DNA from: a virus
Virus record (IMG/VR): IMGVR_UViG_3300025174_001715
Direction: 5' to 3' (one strand)
Length of the DNA: 41,525 bases
Shown here: positions 36,013 to 41,525 of the stretch, piece after piece
How the letters are laid out: each line of letters opens with the position of its first letter
Numbering within the stretch: position 1 is the stretch's first letter
Notes under the pieces: generated by a model
Told to the model about the DNA's origin: nothing
The model's input: the letters and a program-made list of their open reading frames with translations, nothing else
Databases searched by the model: none
Made by a program: the position numbers and the translations under genes

Positions 36013-36624
36013 TTGGTCACACAAGAACAAATAATTCAAAGGCGAGTAAAGTTTGCAAAACAATTCACTGCACAAGGAGCTTCAATACCACAGGCTGTAA
36101 AATTATCTGGTGTAGCTGAAGCTACAGCACAACGCAGAGGTCGTGCATATGATCCACTCGCAGTAGTCATTGAAACAGCAATAGCACCTCCACCTCCACC
36201 AAAAATTGCACCTCCACCTATTGATTATAGTAAAATTCCAACAGTGTGTCGTGGCCCAAGAGTCCAACCACCACCACGAGGTAGAACAATTCCAAGAGGT
36301 GTTTCTTTTACTGGTTGTCCAGATATAGCAGGTTCACTAGGGCCATATGCTATGATACCAATAGATTATACTGAATCTAGGAACTTAACAACTGAAAGAT
36401 ATTTTGACACAGGAATTAGAGCAAATAGAAAATCCTTTATTGAAGCTGGAATTAATTTAGGACCAACACAATCTGAACGTAGTAGAGCAAAATATAATAT
36501 TGGTAAGGCTCAACAAGTTATGATCAAACAATGTGGAAAAACTGCTTACTATCAACAATCATCATCATGCCAGTCTGCAAGAAAGAAAGTTACTGACCTA
36601 AAAAAATTGTATGAGGGATTCTAA
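36013..36624 (+). CDS. Tandem paralog B
   Basis: TTG start after GAGGA; aligns with the ATG of paralog A (track start 35995). Confidence 0.8.
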   Translation: MVTQEQIIQRRVKFAKQFTAQGASIPQAVKLSGVAEATAQRRGRAYDPLAVVIETAIAPPPPPKIAPPPIDYSKIPTVCRGPRVQPPPRGRTIPRGVSFTGCPDIAGSLGPYAMIPIDYTESRNLTTERYFDTGIRANRKSFIEAGINLGPTQSERSRAKYNIGKAQQVMIKQCGKTAYYQQSSSCQSARKKVTDLKKLYEGF

Positions 36625-36625
36625 A

Positions 36626-36727
36626 ATGCCCTGTGCTTGTGACATTGGTTCAAAAATGTTGAAAGGTGCAAGACGCAAAGCTAAGAAAGCAGATGACTTT
36701 GAAAAAATTACAGGAGGCTTGATTTAA
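36626..36727 (+). CDS. 33-aa CxC peptide MPCACDIGSK…
   Basis: Fills the operon gap; TAATG-coupled to the next gene. Confidence 0.6.
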   Translation: MPCACDIGSKMLKGARRKAKKADDFEKITGGLI

Positions 36728-36858
36728 TGCACAAAAAAGGTCACTGTGGCTGCAACGACAAATCAGGCAAAATAAAAATTGACATTCCAATTGAGCCTTC
36801 AAAGGTAACAAACAAGAAACTTAAACCAAAAACTGCATTTGAAGGAGATTTCTATTAA
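36727..36858 (+). CDS. 43-aa HCGC peptide MHKKGHCGC…EGDFY
   Basis: TAATG-coupled at both ends. Confidence 0.65.
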   Translation: MHKKGHCGCNDKSGKIKIDIPIEPSKVTNKKLKPKTAFEGDFY

Positions 36859-37658
36859 TGCCTCGACCGATAACAACAAGAAGCACAATTGGAAAAAGAT
36901 ATGCACCTGTCAAAGAAGTTTCAAAAACAACCTTTAGAAATGGAAAAGTAGTTCGTACAACAGTAACATCAAGGACTTTACCATCAGGTGAAATCCAACG
37001 AGCTTCTTCACAACGAGTTACTTATGTCGCAGGACCAGTCAAACCACAATATCAAGCACCAAAAACATACGCAAGAATACCATCCTATCAACCTACACCA
37101 CCTATAAGACAAGGTATTCCAAGACCAAATAAAAGACAAATGCCAGTTAACAATATTGATGATGCTTATGGTGGGTATTTAGTACAAGCACCACCACCAA
37201 GAATAAGTTCAGCACCAAAACCAAGAACCTACATCCCACAACCTGTTGCAAGGCAGCCACAAAAGCCTTATGCTTATGATCTAGGCTCACAGGTAAAAAA
37301 GGCTGCTAAAAAGACAGGTGAAGTATTCTATAATGCAAGTCCATTTGGAGTTGCCGAAACAATAATTGATTTAGGTGCAAAAGAAGTAAGAAGACAAAGA
37401 GAAATTAAATTTGCTAAACAAGGTCGTGGTGGTATTTTTGGGGTTGGTGATGTGACACCAAAAGATACAAGAAGACTTACAGATGATTTTTATTTTGGTC
37501 CAGAGCCAAGTTACGATATAGCAGAAAATGCAACATTAAACAGACCAACACAAAAACTTAAAATTAAAACTGATAGTGAGGAGGCATACTACAGAAAAAC
37601 AGGAAAAATAAACAGAGGTGAAAAATATGATTGGTGGGAACAATTTGGACAAATTTGA
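36858..37658 (+). CDS. Basic Pro/Arg/Thr-rich protein
   Basis: Coupled 266-aa ORF. Confidence 0.75.
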   Translation: MPRPITTRSTIGKRYAPVKEVSKTTFRNGKVVRTTVTSRTLPSGEIQRASSQRVTYVAGPVKPQYQAPKTYARIPSYQPTPPIRQGIPRPNKRQMPVNNIDDAYGGYLVQAPPPRISSAPKPRTYIPQPVARQPQKPYAYDLGSQVKKAAKKTGEVFYNASPFGVAETIIDLGAKEVRRQREIKFAKQGRGGIFGVGDVTPKDTRRLTDDFYFGPEPSYDIAENATLNRPTQKLKIKTDSEEAYYRKTGKINRGEKYDWWEQFGQI

Positions 37659-37995
37659 TATGGAAAAGTACAATGAGGATTATGATGACGAAGTAACAGC
37701 AGACAAAGTAATCAAACGTGAACATGGTTTAATGAGAAAAGGTATTCCTGAAAAACAAGTACACAAAATTTTACGTAGTGAATTTAACGATGATGAAGAA
37801 GATGAAGATATTAACGAAGATAACTTATACATGAATAAAGATTATAAATTTAAAATGACTAACGATTACTACGACAAACCAATTAGGATGCCTGATTTTG
37901 ATTTTTCATTTGGTTCAAAGAGAACTGTAAAACCAAAGAAGACAAGAGATGTTATTAAAAAAGGCGTAAAAGTCTATGGAGGTGTTAAATACTGA
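37618..37995 (+). CDS. Acidic/basic bipartite small protein
   Basis: Start uncertain; TGATG-coupled to the next gene. Confidence 0.65.
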   Translation: MKNMIGGNNLDKFDMEKYNEDYDDEVTADKVIKREHGLMRKGIPEKQVHKILRSEFNDDEEDEDINEDNLYMNKDYKFKMTNDYYDKPIRMPDFDFSFGSKRTVKPKKTRDVIKKGVKVYGGVKY

Positions 37996-38243
37996 TGTAC
38001 GGAAATGGAAAGGCATTTCATAAATATGCAAAAAAGACTACCTTCAACAAATTACCAAAAGGTAATGTATATGGAGGCAAATTACCAAAAGGTAGTTTGT
38101 ACGGAAATATAGGCGACATGGACATCTTGGGTGGAAAGAAAAAGAAATTTGTTTCAATTGGACCAAATATGTCAGCTCTCAAAGATATTGGTTCAAGTGA
38201 AGGAAAAAAATTGCTAAAGAAATCAAGGAGTTCGCTAGGATAA
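37995..38243 (+). CDS. Lys/Gly-rich protein with KLPKG duplication
   Basis: CAAATTACCAAAAGGTA at 38048 and 38078. Confidence 0.65.
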   Translation: MYGNGKAFHKYAKKTTFNKLPKGNVYGGKLPKGSLYGNIGDMDILGGKKKKFVSIGPNMSALKDIGSSEGKKLLKKSRSSLG

Positions 38244-38383
38244 TGGTTCTTCTATCATTATTCTTATTGGCAGGATTGGATCAATCGTTAAACAAAAAGA
38301 AGGATCAAACTATCGGAAAAAGAGTACGAATAGGATTAACTGAAAAGGAATATCGCAATCTCACACGAGGTCTTAAGTATTGA
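38243..38383 (+). CDS. 46-aa protein MVLLSLFLLAG…RGLKY
   Basis: TAATG-coupled; manual translation. Confidence 0.55.
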   Translation: MVLLSLFLLAGLDQSLNKKKDQTIGKRVRIGLTEKEYRNLTRGLKY

Positions 38384-38496
38384 GCAAAGGTACAAGACGC
38401 AGAGCAAAAATGAAAAGGAAGAAAAAAAATCCAACTTCACTCAGTACGCCATTAGGTGACATTCCAGTTTCGAGTGGAGGTTTTGGAATTGGGTAG
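38380..38496 (+). CDS. 38-aa basic peptide MSKGTRRRAKMKRKKK…
   Basis: TTGA overlap; manual translation. Confidence 0.5.
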   Translation: MSKGTRRRAKMKRKKKNPTSLSTPLGDIPVSSGGFGIG

Positions 38497-38701
38497 AGGA
38501 AAGACTGGTGGAAGGAAAAAACCACGATTAGACATTCACCGTCCAATAAGAGATAGAGCTTATGGCCGAGTTCCAGGGATTGATCCTCATGCACTTTGTC
38601 CAATGTGTTTAGGAAAACATACACTTAACGAACATAGATTTCATGGTAAAGGTGCTTTTTGTAGAACCCATAAGAAAGCTCCAACATGTCGATCATTCTA
38701 A
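38489..38701 (+). CDS. Basic Cys/His zinc-binding small protein
   Basis: TTG after GGAGG; CPMC…H…H…H…C..H. Confidence 0.6.
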   Translation: MGRGKTGGRKKPRLDIHRPIRDRAYGRVPGIDPHALCPMCLGKHTLNEHRFHGKGAFCRTHKKAPTCRSF

Positions 38702-38721
38702 CTGATAGGTAGGTGAATCGA

Positions 38722-38769
38722 ATGAAAGGTAAGAGCAAAGGCAAGAAAGGTGGAAAGAAAAGAAGATAA
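38722..38769 (+). CDS. 15-aa protamine-like peptide MKGKSKGKKGGKKRR
   Basis: AGGTGA RBS; last ORF of the operon. Confidence 0.55.
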   Translation: MKGKSKGKKGGKKRR

Positions 38770-38783
38770 TTTCTTTTAAATAA
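38770..38783 (+). promoter_or_regulatory. Late-type promoter TTTCTTTTAAATAA with no downstream ORF
   Basis: +35 position falls at the start of two hairpins. Confidence 0.6.
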
Positions 38784-38844
38784 CTCAAAACAAAATACCC
38801 CTTGCCCACATCGACCAGATGTGCGATAAAGATTGGGGGAGAGG

Positions 38845-38870
38845 GGAGAGATCCTTTCGATCTCTCCTTT
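38845..38870 (+). terminator. Perfect 9-bp hairpin GGAGAGATC-CTTTC-GATCTCTCC plus T-tract, between convergent genes
   Basis: Inverted repeat read directly. Confidence 0.6.
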
Positions 38871-38888
38871 ATTATTTTATTAAATCTT

Positions 38889-39410
38889 TTAAACTATATT
38901 AAAACAATTTGGTCTTGATTCATAAATACTACATTCACGTAACATTCGTTTAATATAATTTTCAACTTCATCAGAAGTAAATTCTTTTGTCCATAACAAT
39001 CTGGTCATCAATCTATCTTTAGGCACAGCCATTTTGGTACTACCTTCCAAATAACGTAATGTATCCATGAACAATTGTATTTTATTATGACGCTGATCAA
39101 GCATTAAATTAGAACTTCTTAACTGATTAACTCGGATCTCTTGTTCTAATTTTCTTTGTTTAACCCACGTGGAACGATCATCCTTTAGCATTTCAAGTTT
39201 TTTAGTAAGTATAGAATGTTTTTCATTAAAAATTATTTTCAAACTCTTAATTTTTTTTGGCACAGTAAAAGTTTCCAACTTAGCATCATAGTCAATTTGT
39301 AACATTTTTATGTTTTTTTCAATCTTGCAAATCTCATTATTTAATGGATAACTTTCAAAGTATTCACGTTCAATTACATTTTCCAAGGATTCAGATTTTC
39401 CATCAGACAT
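38889..39410 (-). CDS. Coiled-coil protein with C-terminal winged helix (MCM-CTD-like ending)
   Basis: EVENYIKRMLRECSIYESRPNCFNIV. Confidence 0.6.
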   Translation of the reverse strand: MSDGKSESLENVIEREYFESYPLNNEICKIEKNIKMLQIDYDAKLETFTVPKKIKSLKIIFNEKHSILTKKLEMLKDDRSTWVKQRKLEQEIRVNQLRSSNLMLDQRHNKIQLFMDTLRYLEGSTKMAVPKDRLMTRLLWTKEFTSDEVENYIKRMLRECSIYESRPNCFNIV

Positions 39411-39411
39411 T

Positions 39412-39621
39412 TTAACTCACCGAAGAAAATAACAATGAACGTAATTTGGGTTTATCTAAATTCTTAAGAGTATCAATATATTCTAAAGCGGTTCTTCGGT
39501 TGAAAGCTTTATGACCAATAAGATATTTGTATACATCAGAATATGTCCATTTATTAATTGCAACTTGCCTAACTAAAAACTCTAATGTCATAATTCGATT
39601 AATCCTCTTTTGTGGCATCAT
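39412..39621 (-). CDS. Small HTH-like protein
   Basis: YSDVYKYL…NRRTALEYI. Confidence 0.5.
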   Translation of the reverse strand: MMPQKRINRIMTLEFLVRQVAINKWTYSDVYKYLIGHKAFNRRTALEYIDTLKNLDKPKLRSLLFSSVS

Positions 39622-40354
39622 TTAACTCCTTATAATAGACATCCAGATCAGATTGATGAGCTTGTGGGGGATGATTGATAATAATAAAGTGTTTATTATC
39701 TCCAAAATATTTATCACAATATTTACATTTGATGTTAAAATTAGAAATATCAATTAAATCCAACCTATTACCAATCTCTTGTTTAGAAGCCTCAACTAAA
39801 ACCTCTTGTGAACAATGAAGATTATCAGCATTAGAAGATAAGTTAATCATTTGATTTTTACAAACATGGATATGTTTTGTGCAGAGTTCAATTAACTTAT
39901 TGATAAATTTATCACGAACTAAGGATTTTTTTGCCTGCCATGTCATAGTTTTTTCATCAATGTCTTTTAATTCAATTGAGCCAAATTTTACATTACATGA
40001 ATAACAAGCTAATCTACAATTTCCATATGGAATTAAAGTTACAACACCATTCTCAACAACATAGTTATGAAATATGCCTTTGATTCTTTCATGTATTACA
40101 AGAATCGGCCTAATTCGTTTAGATCGTCCTTGTGATTCTCTAACAGCTTTATCTTCAATCACAAGCCTTTCAGCAGTTTTTTTACAAAAATCACAAAATG
40201 CACCATGCCTTCCTAGTAATATCAAAAATGCCTTATCTTGTTCGTTGCCATTTAATCTTGTTCTAGGCGAAAATGCAATATTAATTTCATCAATATCAAC
40301 CTCAGACTTCAAGGATATACTATCAAAAAGTAAAATAATATATGTGTTAGACAA
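39599..40354 (-). CDS. HNH-like / zinc-binding protein
   Basis: CDFC…LVIHE…NCRLACYSCN; second CKYC motif. Confidence 0.6.
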   Translation of the reverse strand: MSNTYIILLFDSISLKSEVDIDEINIAFSPRTRLNGNEQDKAFLILLGRHGAFCDFCKKTAERLVIEDKAVRESQGRSKRIRPILVIHERIKGIFHNYVVENGVVTLIPYGNCRLACYSCNVKFGSIELKDIDEKTMTWQAKKSLVRDKFINKLIELCTKHIHVCKNQMINLSSNADNLHCSQEVLVEASKQEIGNRLDLIDISNFNIKCKYCDKYFGDNKHFIIINHPPQAHQSDLDVYYKELNDATKED

Positions 40355-40664
40355 ATGTTTTGAACTAAATTGTTATAAAAATTTAAAATAAAAATCAATA
40401 GTGGTCTACCTCAAAATAGATTTCGACACCTACCAGACAAATGTGTGAATGGGAACTTTTGAATCTCCTAATCAAAGAAATTTTTAGGCACAAAATTTTT
40501 AACCGATTTTGGAAACATGAAATAATTACAACTTTTACTATAGATTTTACAAAAAGAATTCGACTCCTACTCTCCCCCCCCAGACAGACAAAGCGACAAA
40601 AAGGTAGACAAAACAGGATTAGTAAGTACATAATACTTATAACTTCGTTTTGAAATTCCAATTA

Positions 40665-40728
40665 GAGGGTGGACTCTCAGTGCCAAGCATTTGAAGACAT
40701 ATGCTTGTTCACGCCCAAACCCACCCTC
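40665..40728. ncRNA. Putative structured ncRNA 1 (long imperfect hairpin)
   Basis: GAGGGTGG/CCACCCTC outer stem and CAAGCAT/ATGCTTG inner stem; CTTATAAC box 28 nt upstream. Confidence 0.4.
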
Positions 40729-40782
40729 AGCTTAATTTGAAACTTATAACACTATTTTTATACAAGATACACTATTGTCTTA

Positions 40783-40901
40783 TTGCCAAGACCACAGTAC
40801 ATTTCATTTAAAGCCTAGTGATTGTACCAACATCCATTAAGCCAGTATGACTTTGTACCAAGTTGCGGAACTCACATTCTCAGGTGGCTTGGCAACTTTT
40901 T
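40783..40901 (+). ncRNA. Putative structured ncRNA 2 (terminal stem enclosing short repeats)
   Basis: TTGCCAAG-A-CCAC / GTGG-CTTGGCAA, then T-tract; AAACTTATAAC upstream. Confidence 0.4.
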
Positions 40902-40930
40902 ATATTACTTTAATTTAGATAAATTGCGGT

Positions 40931-40982
40931 GTTCCCAAGACTGACAGGAAACCTATTAGGTATGCTGGCGGTAACTTGGAAC
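40931..40982 (+). ncRNA. Putative structured ncRNA 3
   Basis: GTTCCCAAG/CTTGGAAC stem (one bulge) with inner ACCT-ATT-AGGT; TTTTTATA about 30 nt upstream. Confidence 0.3.
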
Positions 40983-41010
40983 TAACATCGTATTTGTTAT
41001 ATATCAGATA

Positions 41011-41298
41011 TTGAAATTAAAACAAGTGGCTAAAACCGAACTAATTTACGTGATGGATATTAGAAAAGGCCACGAAGAAATTAAATATGATCCTAATGAT
41101 TCAGAGGATCTTAAACGTGTTAAAAATTTAATTAAAGAAAAATTAAAAAACGGATTCTATCTTTATGGTGCAAACAAAGGTGGCGAGTATGAGGCTATCC
41201 ACGATATTTCAAAGATTACTGACAGTGATCTTACAAGGTTCTGTCTTTCAAAGGAGATGAAGAAACGGTTGATTAGCGTGCCTGCTGCCAGTGGTTAA
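41011..41298 (+). CDS. Hypothetical protein
   Basis: TTG start about 25 nt after TTATATAT. Confidence 0.6.
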   Translation: MKLKQVAKTELIYVMDIRKGHEEIKYDPNDSEDLKRVKNLIKEKLKNGFYLYGANKGGEYEAIHDISKITDSDLTRFCLSKEMKKRLISVPAASG

Positions 41299-41525
41299 AA
41301 TGAGTGATTCTTATCTTTGCGAGGCATGTAATTTGGATTTATGCCAGCTTGATCCAAATTATAGAAAACCAATACCGTTAGATGCAAATTGTGATTGTTG
41401 CAAACATAATCACAAACCAGGAGTTATGGTTTGAAGGAAAAGAAGGCTAAAACAAGAGAGGTCTTAGAGCCAGCAGGAAATTATCTAATCTTACAACCTA
41501 CACCAAAGTGCAGTATCAAGGGTTG

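Noticed and set aside
40395-40661. ORFs 40395-40661 (-) and 40441-40653 (+)
   Set aside because: Mutually overlapping, atypical composition, in a promoter- and structure-rich gap.
40660-40990. tRNA gene or tRNA-derived attP
   Set aside because: No cloverleaf, T-loop (GTTCRA) or CCA arrangement seen.
41011-41298. Ubiquitin-like modifier (C-terminal …PAASG)
   Set aside because: No GG terminus, no recognisable beta-grasp pattern, and no E1/E2/JAB genes seen in the window.

Overview
AT-rich, gene-dense window of about 90 mostly + strand, often translationally coupled ORFs. It reads as most of the genome of an archaeal virus or provirus: TATA-type promoters, GGAGG/AGGTGA ribosome-binding sites, TTG starts, many micro zinc-finger and small membrane proteins, spindle-virus-like two-helix hydrophobic structural proteins, and a divergent tyrosine recombinase. 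A Nitrososphaerota host is plausible but only inferred. The main result is a TIGR-Tas-type RNA-guided system. A 52-unit array with an exact 36-nt period (5758-7638; edge repeat TNCGAGTCA / 9-nt spacer A / loop repeat TGAARAACA / 9-nt spacer B) lies directly upstream of a nuclease-less Nop/IS110-fold protein (TasA-like, 7636-8538) that carries an inserted Cys4 zinc ribbon. Two unusual array properties are visible in the sequence. First, the last bases of spacers A and B are complementary in 48 of 52 units. Second, the whole array is one stop-free reading frame whose stop overlaps the tasA start (ATGA). Also present: SPFH protein, orotate phosphoribosyltransferase, SLOG-like, HNH-like, UDG-like, AbrB-like, DUF2024 and MT-A70 genes; a capsid-like hairpin protein with a LamG-like insertion; a 1660-aa low-complexity protein; a late operon of disordered/basic proteins that mostly end in F/Y; three promoter motif classes; and several promoter-preceded structured non-coding segments (38805-38870, 40665-40982). 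All calls are by eye, without database searches.
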